From the IMG/VR virus record IMGVR_UViG_3300027769_000065, positions 1 through 38,415 of that record: a stretch of DNA of 38,415 nt; one strand, written 5' to 3'. Below, one piece after another: positions 1-9,178 of the stretch. The notes under the pieces are model-generated. The model was not told the DNA's origin and searched no databases. It saw nothing but the letters and a program-made list of their open reading frames with translations. This DNA is from a virus (Duplodnaviria > Caudoviricetes). The translations under genes were made by a program, and so were the position numbers. Numbering within the stretch: position 1 is the first letter of the stretch; each line of letters opens with the position of its first letter.

Positions 1-1424
1 TGCGGATGCCAAGCTCCTTCTACATATTTAAAGATTGAATACTCACCAATTCCGTTTGGTGAACGGACAACGACTACAGACTTTTGGCCATCAAGATCGC
101 CACCTTCAAACTCACGATAGAAGAGTTTAAAGAAGTCGTCTTGATCACAGCCACCATGAGATGCATACATCTCAATCCAGTCTTGATCGTTTACTACGTG
201 AACCTCTAGTTCACTTAGGCGTTGAATAGTTCCCTCTTCAACTTCAATGTCATAGCCAGCCATGCGGGCTAAAGACTCTGAAATAATCTGTTCATAAACA
301 GCACAAGGTATAGGGATTTTAGTTTTCAACGGCTTAGCGTGGCTAGTAGCCAATGTTTCAAACATCCACGGGGATTCAGTTACCTTCATTCCCATAGCTA
401 CCCAACGATAACCCACATATTGCATGCGGGCTTGGGCTTCTTCGTCTTCAGGATCGACTTTATCCTTCCAAGTACGCTGATAGATGTTCTTCCAGTTGCT
501 CAATAGCTTACCATTGAGCGCCTCTTGGAACATCTTTTCGTACTCTTCGGAAAGCCAATATTCCATTTCGCTTTTAGTGAAAAGCTGTGGAAGATTGATC
601 ATAGTCTGATCATCTGTATGAACACGAGATTTAGCATTTTGTGGTTCTGCTTGGAACATCCAACCTTCTTCATAAACAATTTCTGATTTAAGATTGCCGT
701 GCCAAGAAAGCACGTCAACCCCTTCAGGAAGTTTATCCGAAACAAAGCAATTGCCTTTAAGAAAGCCATCAGGGCCGATAAGACGGCCATTGAAAGCTTT
801 AGTATTAAGCAAGTCTTTGATTGCATTTTGACGCATACGAGGATTGTAATAATACTCGTTAGGATCATTAGTTGATCCAGCTTCAAATGCAGGGATGTTG
901 TCTACGCCAGCTTTAACAAGACTTGGGCTAATAATGAAACCACCGTCTAAGAGTCGATCTATTTCTTCCTCAGTGAAATCATTAAGGAATTCATATCGAC
1001 TATAGTCAGCAGAGTTTACGTATTGAACAAATACGTCACCAAGTTTAAATGTGGCATTGATCAAAGTAGGTCGGTGAAATGCTTTCAACCGCTTTGATGT
1101 TTTACCGCCACCTTTAACTTTAAATCCCATATCATTAAAGATAGATAACCACTCAGTATTGTTGCCAACCTGAGTGATTACAATCTTAGTCTTGTCCACC
1201 AAAGCATATTGAATGCTAGGGTGATTGATAATAGCTTGGATTTGATTAAATTCGAATTCGTTCTTGGGCAGTGGAAGAGCCCCGACACGAAAGTAATCCT
1301 CTCCAGAATGAGCAAGAGCTTGGCGCATAGCACCAATCTCATAGAACCCATATTGATAGTTATTTACGCTACGAAGCGGTCCATTGGAATACCCAATAGC
1401 CCGCATTTTTGGTGTGATTGGCAT
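1..1424 (-). CDS. Putative single-subunit two-barrel (YonO/RdRP-like) RNA polymerase, N-terminal 474 aa, runs off the window edge
   Basis: Translated by hand; absent from the ORF track because there is no stop in the window. ATG at 1424 with AGGAG RBS, open to position 1. Motifs DGGFIIS (927-947), RLIGPDGFLKG (753-785), HGGCDQDD (135-158), GGDLDGQ (84-104), RSPN (54-65). The CDS is solid; the function is inferred from motifs. Confidence 0.6.
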   Translation of the reverse strand, partial: MPITPKMRAIGYSNGPLRSVNNYQYGFYEIGAMRQALAHSGEDYFRVGALPLPKNEFEFNQIQAIINHPSIQYALVDKTKIVITQVGNNTEWLSIFNDMGFKVKGGGKTSKRLKAFHRPTLINATFKLGDVFVQYVNSADYSRYEFLNDFTEEEIDRLLDGGFIISPSLVKAGVDNIPAFEAGSTNDPNEYYYNPRMRQNAIKDLLNTKAFNGRLIGPDGFLKGNCFVSDKLPEGVDVLSWHGNLKSEIVYEEGWMFQAEPQNAKSRVHTDDQTMINLPQLFTKSEMEYWLSEEYEKMFQEALNGKLLSNWKNIYQRTWKDKVDPEDEEAQARMQYVGYRWVAMGMKVTESPWMFETLATSHAKPLKTKIPIPCAVYEQIISESLARMAGYDIEVEEGTIQRLSELEVHVVNDQDWIEMYASHGGCDQDDFFKLFYREFEGGDLDGQKSVVVVRSPNGIGEYSIFKYVEGAWHP

Positions 1425-1455
1425 GCGCCCCTCCTGATCTTTCCGATTGATTTGA

Positions 1456-1944
1456 TTATGGTGTTACTGTACTTGCACGCTTAGCTTCCACATAAGCGTT
1501 GTATTTAAGGATATATGGCCTTATAAATTTATAAATAGAATTGATAACTCTAACTGGAATAGTTATAATTCTAAAGATTGTATAAATCAATTGATTGAAT
1601 TCACCAAGCACTTTGCGCCATCTGGCCCAATGTACATGGAAATTCTTCCAATAATAAATAGCACGGTTTCCACCTTGAGCCTTAGCTGTAGGAGTATCAT
1701 AGTTCCAATGAAGGAACTGATAACCAGGAACAGATAAGATAGTTGATATGACACCAGCACCCATGGCTACCAAGCCATTGCCACCGAAAGCCATACCCAT
1801 TGCAAATGAAATTGCTAGTGAATTAAGTAAATTAAATAATGGACTTCTTGCACTTAGTCTACGCCAAGCTGGAATTTTAGCAGCAATCATGAGCTCGAGA
1901 GCACATGAAGTTACCGCTAGAATAAGCATCATTGACAATAACAT
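1456..1944 (-). CDS. Hypothetical membrane protein (about 3 hydrophobic segments)
   Basis: 162 aa ORF with hydrophobic N-terminal half, co-oriented and directly upstream of the putative polymerase gene. Confidence 0.75.
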   Translation of the reverse strand: MLLSMMLILAVTSCALELMIAAKIPAWRRLSARSPLFNLLNSLAISFAMGMAFGGNGLVAMGAGVISTILSVPGYQFLHWNYDTPTAKAQGGNRAIYYWKNFHVHWARWRKVLGEFNQLIYTIFRIITIPVRVINSIYKFIRPYILKYNAYVEAKRASTVTP

Positions 1945-2011
1945 GTATTACCCCAATCATTGTTAGTCTTTGTATGAATAAAAAAAAGTTTATATAAATA
2001 TAACATTAGAA

Positions 2012-2056
2012 TGGGTTAGAGACACACGCGTCAGGAGTGCGTGCATCTCTAACCCA
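2012..2056 (-). terminator. Stem-loop, likely terminator or processing site after the 362 aa gene
   Basis: TGGGTTAGAGA (2012-2022) / TCTCTAACCCA (2046-2056) inverted repeat just downstream of the stop at 2078. Confidence 0.5.
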
Positions 2057-2077
2057 AATCTATTAATCAGCTAAAGC

Positions 2078-3166
2078 TTAACCCCAGTTAAGGATTTCGC
2101 TTTCGACTGCTGTGTCAGCATTAGCCGAAACCTTGACTGAGTTGTCAGAGGTATTGGCACGAGCGCTGTTAGTCCAAAGGTCAATAGCAACTTCGTTACC
2201 CTTGACATTCATCTTGAACCGACCGCAAGGTGCGGATGTAGGATCATAGATGTCAAGAGCATTCTTGATGCTTGGATCTTTAGGGTCTACAGCAATACGC
2301 TGTTGAGCACCAGACCAGACCGTAGCCCATTGCTGGCTAAGGCGAACCAATTCATTGGCTTCCTTATTAGCTTGCTGGGTACGCTCTTGGCTCCAGCTTT
2401 CAGCTACAGACTTCTCACGAATCTGCTGCTTCATAAGAGCAGCCTGCTTACGCAGTGTATAGATACGCTTGAAGTTTTCGGTTGAAGCATCAACCAAGTC
2501 GAGGTAACCCTGACCAGTCATAGACTGGGTACGGTCAGAACGACCAAGCTCAAAGCTGGTGATTTCTGGGCCATCAACATCTGCATCGTTTACACGAGGC
2601 ATCTGATAGCATTCCTTGATACGACCTGGGTTCGTCATTGAACCCATCGCATCGACTGCTCCAGCAGACTTGAATGCGTCTACAAGCTGAGTGATACCTT
2701 CTTGGCTGGCACCAAATTGCTGCCAGAACAAGTTCATACCAGAAGCAAAGCGCATGCCGAGTTGTTCCAAAGTAGCAATGAATTGCTCCTCAGAAACCTG
2801 CTTATCAGCAGCGACATTACGCATTGCAATCTTGCGAAGCAAGCCTGGAAGAGTAAGGATTTCGCCATCGACAACGACTTCCACGTTCATCTTAACTGGC
2901 TTAAAGATGCCAGTAACAAGCTTAGAGGTTGTACCCTGCTTGCGTGATTCGTGATCGATAACCGAAACTCGGTGTAGGCGTGCTGACTCAAGAGTCACAT
3001 AGCCTGGAAACTCAACGCCTGCAATGCTTGCGTTGAATGGAACACGACGGCCTTTAACCAAAGTGGTTGTACGGCCTGCCGATGATAGAATGCCTGGATC
3101 AGTGGCAAGAATACTAAAGTCTTCGCCACCGGCAAAGAGATCGAATACGGTGTCTAATTGTGACAT
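2078..3166 (-). CDS. Hypothetical protein, 362 aa
   Basis: Long ORF, GGAG RBS, biased codon usage; no family recognised. Confidence 0.85.
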   Translation of the reverse strand: MSQLDTVFDLFAGGEDFSILATDPGILSSAGRTTTLVKGRRVPFNASIAGVEFPGYVTLESARLHRVSVIDHESRKQGTTSKLVTGIFKPVKMNVEVVVDGEILTLPGLLRKIAMRNVAADKQVSEEQFIATLEQLGMRFASGMNLFWQQFGASQEGITQLVDAFKSAGAVDAMGSMTNPGRIKECYQMPRVNDADVDGPEITSFELGRSDRTQSMTGQGYLDLVDASTENFKRIYTLRKQAALMKQQIREKSVAESWSQERTQQANKEANELVRLSQQWATVWSGAQQRIAVDPKDPSIKNALDIYDPTSAPCGRFKMNVKGNEVAIDLWTNSARANTSDNSVKVSANADTAVESEILNWG

Positions 3167-3261
3167 GATATTACTCCAATTGTTAGTTTAGGTATAGGAT
3201 ATATGGGTTTATTTGATTAAGTTGTAAAACAGAGATGGTTGATCTCATATTTTTTGTATGC

Positions 3262-3284
3262 ACTCGGGGCTGTTAACCCCGAGT
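3262..3284 (-). terminator. GC-rich stem-loop between genes
   Basis: ACTCGGGG / CCCCGAGT inverted repeat in the intergenic gap. Confidence 0.4.
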
Positions 3285-3348
3285 ACTACGATAGCCTTCA
3301 AGGAAACCTTGCATAAATGCTTTGGTTCCTTGAATTAATTGCATCAAT

Positions 3349-3663
3349 TTATACATCAGTATCTGCTGCCATGATTACTTCTACGTATTCACCTGAAGCA
3401 AGCTTCTTGTTACGGTCAACACGCATTTCATGGGCTGCAGCAAAGCGATGCTTATGGAACTCATTGCCACGGATAAATCCTGCAATAGGTGCCTTAATGA
3501 TGTGCTTAGCTGCTGAACCAAGGGTCTTAGTAAGACCAATGGTTGCTTGTCCAGCTGCTACAGTCGTATCGACTACAGCAACGATAGGTGTAATAGCAAA
3601 CTTACCTGTGTAATACACAGTTGTGTCTGCTACATTCTTGAGACGATATTTCGTCTTACTCAT
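3349..3663 (-). CDS. Hypothetical protein, 104 aa
   Basis: ORF with AAAGGGG RBS, co-oriented with neighbours. Confidence 0.75.
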   Translation of the reverse strand: MSKTKYRLKNVADTTVYYTGKFAITPIVAVVDTTVAAGQATIGLTKTLGSAAKHIIKAPIAGFIRGNEFHKHRFAAAHEMRVDRNKKLASGEYVEVIMAADTDV

Positions 3664-3763
3664 GATAATCCCCTTTCAAGAGATTAGGTTTTGGATATTT
3701 TAAATGGCATATAAAGTAATATTTAGAATATCTACATATGCCAGATAGATATTATTGTTTTAG

Positions 3764-4048
3764 TTAGCGATTAAGATAATCGGCTACGCCTTGAGAGATG
3801 GTGTAAACACCAGCTACTGCAAAGCCTGAACCGACGATATCAATCCATTGAGCTGATGAGCCAATGCCGAATGTGCCAAGAATAGACACATCTGCCAACC
3901 ATACAAGAAGGGTGCAGACCAAAGTGAAGAACACTTGTGCCTTGCCAAGAACTGGCACCTTCTCAATAGCAGGGACTACGGCATGTACAATGTCAGCTAC
4001 TCCTGCAGCAATAAAGCCGAAGAGTACGAGCAATGCAATTGTATACAT
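3764..4048 (-). CDS. Small membrane protein (3 TM, holin-like topology)
   Basis: 94 aa, three hydrophobic stretches, AAAGGAG RBS. Holin function is not established. Confidence 0.75.
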   Translation of the reverse strand: MYTIALLVLFGFIAAGVADIVHAVVPAIEKVPVLGKAQVFFTLVCTLLVWLADVSILGTFGIGSSAQWIDIVGSGFAVAGVYTISQGVADYLNR

Positions 4049-4117
4049 AATTATCTCCTTTCAGAAGATAATGATAGGGTTGATATTAACTTATAATGGG
4101 CTTATATTGTTTATATC

Positions 4118-4207
4118 TTACTTTTTGTATGATAACCAAGTCTTCGTGCCCCTGTACAGGCCAAGGGCTACGAAGGCTAAGGTTGTTACAATGATAGATA
4201 TTTTCAT
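4118..4207 (-). CDS. Possible 29 aa single-TM peptide (MKISIIVTTLAFVALGLYRGTKTWLSYKK)
   Basis: Translated by hand; fills the gap after 4216..4515; no clear RBS. Confidence 0.35.
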   Translation of the reverse strand: MKISIIVTTLAFVALGLYRGTKTWLSYKK

Positions 4208-4215
4208 TGTTTTGT

Positions 4216-4515
4216 TCACAGAACATTATCCTGTTGATAAATGTAATCGTGAACCATTGTTGCATACATATCGACCATAGCTTTGCCACGCTCGAATGTA
4301 TCCACAGGCATGCTGAAGTTATAGTGATCTGACGAATCAGCTCCCTGACTTCCGCTTTGAACACTCCATTGAACATGGACTGCACTGTTGTCGTATTGTA
4401 TAACCTTGTAAGAAGTAATCATACCCTTAGGTAGTGAGTTACCACTGCGGTTATAGACTAAAAAGCCATAGACTTTAGAGTCAGAATACTCCTCATTGAA
4501 TCTTTCGATTTGCAT
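4216..4515 (-). CDS. Hypothetical protein, 99 aa
   Basis: AGGAG RBS, TAATG overlap with the upstream gene. Confidence 0.75.
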   Translation of the reverse strand: MQIERFNEEYSDSKVYGFLVYNRSGNSLPKGMITSYKVIQYDNSAVHVQWSVQSGSQGADSSDHYNFSMPVDTFERGKAMVDMYATMVHDYIYQQDNVL

Positions 4516-4838
4516 TATTGTTCTCCTGAATCGTTGAATACGATATTAGTTATTTGTGATTGTTTTAATAGAATGCGTTTGTCTTCTTCAGACATAGGCC
4601 AATCAATTTCATAGTCCATAAAATATATGTCTATTAATCTACTACCTTGATAAGCTTCAGCTACTTGTTTGTCGTTGTTATCAAACCATCTGTATTCCTT
4701 ATCGCCAAAGGCTCGGTCCCAAAGTACGGTTTGAATACAAAGATTCAACATTTTATAAGCTTCGCTATATGTGATTTTTGTCTTTGTATGAGGCTTAGAA
4801 GCTAAGTCCCCATACGCAGGATGATTTTGTTTTGACAT
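4515..4838 (-). CDS. Hypothetical protein, 107 aa
   Basis: AAAGGGG RBS; stop overlaps the next start. Confidence 0.75.
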   Translation of the reverse strand: MSKQNHPAYGDLASKPHTKTKITYSEAYKMLNLCIQTVLWDRAFGDKEYRWFDNNDKQVAEAYQGSRLIDIYFMDYEIDWPMSEEDKRILLKQSQITNIVFNDSGEQ

Positions 4839-4892
4839 AAACCCCTTTCGAGGGAAAGTGATGGCTTTATTTGATAATATTAAGCGGGAAGG

Positions 4893-5033
4893 TCATAACG
4901 CTTCCCACTTGGTTTGAAGTTTGTTAAATAGCTTAGTGTTACGGATATCTCCATAGTCTTTATGTTTAAAGAAATGAAGAAATGTTTTGATTAACCATGA
5001 CACTAATACTATGAACAGAGCCAAACTGATCAT
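4893..5033 (-). CDS. Small membrane peptide, 46 aa
   Basis: Translated by hand (MISLALFIVLVSWLIKTFLHFF...), AAGGAG upstream. Confidence 0.5.
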   Translation of the reverse strand: MISLALFIVLVSWLIKTFLHFFKHKDYGDIRNTKLFNKLQTKWEAL

Positions 5034-5075
5034 AGCCTGATATCTCCTTTTCGCGGTCCGCGATTTTTTGATTTT

Positions 5076-5333
5076 TTACTTATCAAAGTGCTTGATAATG
5101 TTATCGAAAGCCTCTTCAGCTCTCCAATCATAAGGATAATTGGTAGGGTTATTAGCTGGTATAGAGTTTTTACGAATAACAAACTCAGGAAGAGCCTCTT
5201 GTAAAGAGTCTATGAGTGTGTCAATTGCTTTGACAGCTAGACGGCGTTCTTGTTTACGAACATACCTAGCTGTAAGTAGGGAAAATACTACTGACATAGT
5301 GATCATCATTGATATTGCTGAGATAAGTTCCAT
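5076..5333 (-). CDS. Hypothetical protein with N-terminal TM, 85 aa
   Basis: AAAGGAAG RBS, hydrophobic N-terminus. Confidence 0.7.
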   Translation of the reverse strand: MELISAISMMITMSVVFSLLTARYVRKQERRLAVKAIDTLIDSLQEALPEFVIRKNSIPANNPTNYPYDWRAEEAFDNIIKHFDK

Positions 5334-5622
5334 GTGAAACTTCCTTTCGTGAGTTTATAAGAATAAATGACATATTGATACAACGCTTTTCCTCCATATG
5401 TCAGAGAGTACGATAATGTCGCCCTTGTACCAGTGGCCTAGGCTATCCTAAATGTTTAAAAGTGGCTATAGCTCCACTGTCCGTTATCAACTTTATACCG
5501 GTAGGACTACCGTGAATGTATATAGGCGTTGACTGCCCAGCTTGTTCCGACATCCATTGGTGACAAGCTACCAGTACATAGGCTTTTATATGTGTCCTAT
5601 GATTATTTACACAGACTTAGGT

Positions 5623-5823
5623 CTAGGCCCCACGATAATATGTGGAACCTAGATCCTGTGATGGTGGAAGGTCTGGTGGAAAGATTACTTCGTGTGAAAT
5701 AGTCTTAAGACAGATATCACAGTAAGTGCCTCTCTCATTATACTCTTCGAAGTACATTTCGTGACGCTTACATTTGTGATAAGTCTTTGACTTTATATAT
5801 TGAATTAGATCAACAAGGCTCAT
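5623..5823 (-). CDS. Small putative Zn-binding protein, 66 aa
   Basis: CKRH...CDIC motif; ATGA overlap with the upstream gene. Confidence 0.65.
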   Translation of the reverse strand: MSLVDLIQYIKSKTYHKCKRHEMYFEEYNERGTYCDICLKTISHEVIFPPDLPPSQDLGSTYYRGA

Positions 5824-5969
5824 AGGTTACCCCCATGAACCCTGTTGTGCTGTTTTGCTATGACCCGCATCACAAAACTGGTTAGTTTGTGAAGGGGCCC
5901 AACAATCCATATCATACCTAATAGAAAGATAGAGTAGGCTAATGTGCCTACTTGACGGATGATTGTCAT
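5820..5969 (-). CDS. Small membrane peptide, 49 aa
   Basis: Translated by hand (MTIIRQVGTLAYSIFLLGMIWIVGP...); GGAGG RBS; ATGA overlaps at both ends. Confidence 0.65.
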   Translation of the reverse strand: MTIIRQVGTLAYSIFLLGMIWIVGPLHKLTSFVMRVIAKQHNRVHGGNL

Positions 5970-6160
5970 AATGCTTTTCCTCCTGTGTAGAATTCGATTG
6001 AATGTAACATATATTCTGAAAGACTAGAGAAGTCACAGAGGGTGAGACCACCATGTGACTGTTCTAGTAAGCTTGCCATCTGTGCTGGCCGCCCCCAATT
6101 AATAATGACATCATTCTCTAAATCTACAAGGAATGTAGCTTCATAGATAGATGTAATCAT
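5966..6160 (-). CDS. Hypothetical protein, 64 aa
   Basis: ATGA overlaps with both neighbours. Confidence 0.65.
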   Translation of the reverse strand: MITSIYEATFLVDLENDVIINWGRPAQMASLLEQSHGGLTLCDFSSLSEYMLHSIEFYTGGKAL

Positions 6161-6444
6161 TTCTTAAGCCTATCTAGGATAAGCTTATCGATGGAGTCGT
6201 CATCAAGATAAGCGAAGACCTTGTCCATAGCCTGCTCAAGAGCATCTATACGGTCTTCTTGTTTGATAATCTTATCAGACATTTGCTCAATGAGCTTTTG
6301 ATGGCTTTCAGAGATTTCTAGCTGTTGTATAGAACGAAGCTGCATCTCTTCTGCTGTTTCTGCTAAGGTTATCTGTTTTGTGGTCCTAAGACCATTTTTG
6401 GTGTCTATGAGAATGACATCGAATGAGTCATCTTTGATAGCCAT
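6157..6444 (-). CDS. Coiled-coil protein, 95 aa (start moved to MAIKDD)
   Basis: AAAGGAG RBS before ATG 6444; heptad-like C-terminal half. Confidence 0.75.
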   Translation of the reverse strand: MAIKDDSFDVILIDTKNGLRTTKQITLAETAEEMQLRSIQQLEISESHQKLIEQMSDKIIKQEDRIDALEQAMDKVFAYLDDDSIDKLILDRLKK

Positions 6445-6801
6445 ATTATCTCCTTTGATTAGTTTGGCATTAGTTGGTATTACTGAACAAGATGGAGGAG
6501 TACCCATAACCTAGCATTGATTGGCCTATGATGGTCCAACAATCCATAGTATGCCTCTAGCATATGGGTACCCCCCTGCAAGCGCCTGTATTAGTCGCTA
6601 TTCTAACAATATTTCTATATTTTATAAACTATATGAATATATAGTTGTATAGAGATGAGCCACTTGTTCTATGCGATAGTGGGAAACGCTGGGGTAAGCA
6701 GTGCATAAGCACAATGACTATATGTAACCTAGTTACTAGTCCTGATATGTATCTGCTATTGTTTTTGCTTGATGCGGCGCCCAAACCGAACAAGACATTT
6801 G

Positions 6802-6984
6802 TTATATCTCGTAATCAGCCTTCAACTGAAGGATTACAGGATATATGTCAATGTATACTACACCATCTGGTGCAGTCCATTGAACTAGAGTATGAGAGTA
6901 GGCAATGAATGCCTTAGAGTGATTGATGAGTGCTTGATTTGCGGCGGCAAACAAAGCTGTGTTGGATGTGGACGGTGTTGTCAT
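6802..6984 (-). CDS. Hypothetical protein, 60 aa
   Basis: AAAGGAG RBS. Confidence 0.65.
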   Translation of the reverse strand: MTTPSTSNTALFAAANQALINHSKAFIAYSHTLVQWTAPDGVVYIDIYPVILQLKADYEI

Positions 6985-7107
6985 ATATCTCTCCTTTGTA
7001 TGAGATAGATGTGTATAACTGGGTTTTGATGATGTATAATGGTAGAGTAGTGAAGACAGAGGTGTTACCCCCTGCCCTCACTAACTCCAAAGAACTTCCA
7101 GTGCGAA

Positions 7108-7545
7108 CTAGAGTTCCCAACCAGCTGGCTCGACTTCTACCAGTCGGCGTGGGTGAGCCCTGTCTACCTGCAAAGTGATAGTCTGGTAGAACTTGCTACC
7201 ATTACCCTTTGAAGCGTCGCCTGCAACTGGCTCAGACTGTTCAATGTTGCTGAGTTTGCACTCAATAAACAATTGCTTGCCTGATGCCTTAGCAGAATTC
7301 AACCGACCCAGAATGGCTTCTGCTGGGTTGATAGCCTGCTTAGTTGCCTCGTTGACAGATTTGGTCTCAAACCAAACTGCAAATGCCTGACCACGACTTG
7401 CTACGACTTGTGGTGCAAAGGCTGGAACGAGTAGCCCATCTGCGTCAACTGGGCGTTGGCAGAGGAACTTGCGACGAAGAACTTCGCCTGTTGTTGGATC
7501 TGTTGCTACACTGTCTGTAACACCAGAGATTTGGAATTTTGCCAT
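7108..7545 (-). CDS. Hypothetical protein, possible OB-fold; paralog of 7735..8076
   Basis: AGGAG RBS; aligns by eye with 7735..8076. Confidence 0.8.
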   Translation of the reverse strand: MAKFQISGVTDSVATDPTTGEVLRRKFLCQRPVDADGLLVPAFAPQVVASRGQAFAVWFETKSVNEATKQAINPAEAILGRLNSAKASGKQLFIECKLSNIEQSEPVAGDASKGNGSKFYQTITLQVDRAHPRRLVEVEPAGWEL

Positions 7546-7691
7546 GATAGTCTCCTGACTTGTATTGGCTTGAATAGGATTTGCGACGGATATCGCCTAG
7601 AAACATTTAGAATAAATATAAATGTAAGCAGTAAGAAATATAACTTAATTAAATATATATAAATTATATATGTATAATGTTCGTTCAACCA

Positions 7692-7709
7692 GCCCCCCCG
7701 AAGGGGGGC
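7692..7709 (-). terminator. GC stem with UUCG loop (minus sense); same type at about 9107-9122, 9751-9770, 10999-11014, 11342-11359
   Basis: Repeated CC-CGAA-GG hairpins between the end of one cassette and the next promoter motif. Confidence 0.6.
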
Positions 7710-7734
7710 GTGGTCTACGAGAGTTGAGTGTGTT

Positions 7735-8076
7735 CTACCACTCAACGGAAGCGTCGGCCTCCACTGACTTGGAGACCTTGCCACTGAACTTGATTACGAG
7801 GTCCTGTTGCTTGGACCCGTCCTGTTTGGTAAACACAGGAGCCGACTTGATGTCAAGGACATCTGCTTCCACTACAAACTTCATCGAAGCGGCCTTAGCC
7901 TGTTCGAAGAGCTGAATGTAGGTAGGAAGTGCCGCAGCAGGAAGCCAGACACACCAGACGGGCTTAGCAGTTACATCGCGCTCAACTGTGTGAGACTCGA
8001 GTGGCTGCAGCAACATCTGGTAAGTGTTGTGCTTACTTGCCTTGTCGGAAATCCAATTTACATGGAACTTGGACAT
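7735..8076 (-). CDS. Hypothetical protein, possible OB-fold; paralog of 7108..7545
   Basis: 113 aa with its own promoter motif (8117) and 3' hairpin (7692). Confidence 0.8.
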   Translation of the reverse strand: MSKFHVNWISDKASKHNTYQMLLQPLESHTVERDVTAKPVWCVWLPAAALPTYIQLFEQAKAASMKFVVEADVLDIKSAPVFTKQDGSKQQDLVIKFSGKVSKSVEADASVEW

Positions 8077-8181
8077 AATTACCTACTCTCTGTGACTTGG
8101 ACCTGTCACTAAAGGTTCATAGGATAATTTATAAATATATAAGAGTGCCTAAGTGAACCACCCTAAGGTGGTCCACAAAGG

Positions 8182-8370
8182 TCAGAACATTGGCGTAATG
8201 CCAGCGTTCTTCTTCTTGAGCTTGCGTTGCTTGCGCGCACTAAGCAATTCTTCTGCATGGGGCTTGCAGAATGTGCGGAAGAAACCCTCATCCCATAGGA
8301 CTCGGCCTTCCATAGCACGTAATTGCGTGTGGCACTTGCAACAAAAGCAAGCGGTGTCATTTAGCCTCAT
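8182..8370 (-). CDS. Small Cys/His-rich basic protein, 62 aa
   Basis: GGAGG RBS; CCKC...CKPH. Confidence 0.7.
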   Translation of the reverse strand: MRLNDTACFCCKCHTQLRAMEGRVLWDEGFFRTFCKPHAEELLSARKQRKLKKKNAGITPMF

Positions 8371-8443
8371 ACGACCTCCAGTCGTGTAGATGATTAGGGC
8401 ACAGATATATTTATAGGTATATAAAATGGAAAAAACCTACCTC

Positions 8444-8722
8444 CTAAGAGGCAGGCTCTTCCTTTAACTTCTGGCAATACATGTGAAGCGAACCAGCAAA
8501 ACGTGCACGATCTTTCTCAGTAGGACAGATCATTGCAATCAAAGCAAAGTCAGTCTCACGAAGAGACTTCCAAAGTGCTTTACGTTCGTCTTCCTGAAGA
8601 GACTTCTTAGTGCAAAGATCAAAGATAGCTGCATCAAGTGCATCAATCTTGTACTTACCCTGAGAAATGTCTTCAGTAAGAACACGCTGTTTCTTTACTA
8701 ACGCAGCAATAGAAGCTGACAT
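8444..8722 (-). CDS. Helical hypothetical protein, 92 aa
   Basis: AAAGGAG RBS, cassette promoter at 8766. Confidence 0.75.
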   Translation of the reverse strand: MSASIAALVKKQRVLTEDISQGKYKIDALDAAIFDLCTKKSLQEDERKALWKSLRETDFALIAMICPTEKDRARFAGSLHMYCQKLKEEPAS

Positions 8723-8802
8723 GGTGGTCTCCTTTCACGAGACTCAAAGACAGACAGGATTGTCTGCACAGACATATTTATAAATGTATAACGTAAAACG
8801 CC

Positions 8803-9024
8803 TCAAGCCCTTACGGGCTTAAGACGGAGCAATGTCTTGCTCTTGAATTCTCCAGCATGTTGCCATGCAAGAATCAAAGTGCGATCACAAGTGCTCCAAT
8901 GCAAGCCAGTGCCTGCATAAAGAGACCAATCATCGAAAGCCCAAAGATTGAAAAATCCAATCTTGCGCCATTCCATGTTGTGAGGATTGCCAAGGTTCTT
9001 GAAGAAGAGAATTGCATTCTTCAT
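8803..9024 (-). CDS. Hypothetical Trp-rich protein, 73 aa (start moved to MKNAILFF)
   Basis: AAAGGAG RBS before ATG 9024; the longer ORF would run through the promoter motif. Confidence 0.7.
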   Translation of the reverse strand: MKNAILFFKNLGNPHNMEWRKIGFFNLWAFDDWSLYAGTGLHWSTCDRTLILAWQHAGEFKSKTLLRLKPVRA

Positions 9025-9178
9025 GAGTCTCCTTTCATGAGACGTAAAAGCAAACAGTATTGTCTGCAAAGTAATATTTATATAATATATAACGTAAACT
9101 AAACTACTCACCCGAAGGTGAGCAGCAAAGTTAAACGCTTGTTCTGTTGCCAGGGTGCGTTACTCCCCCGAGACTAAG

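Noticed and set aside
599-1484. Tracked ORFs 599..886 (-) and 1209..1484 (+)
   Set aside because: Shadows of the long minus-strand gene <1..1424.
5827-6054. Tracked 75 aa ORF
   Set aside because: Better explained by 5820..5969 and 5966..6160, which have RBS or ATGA coupling.
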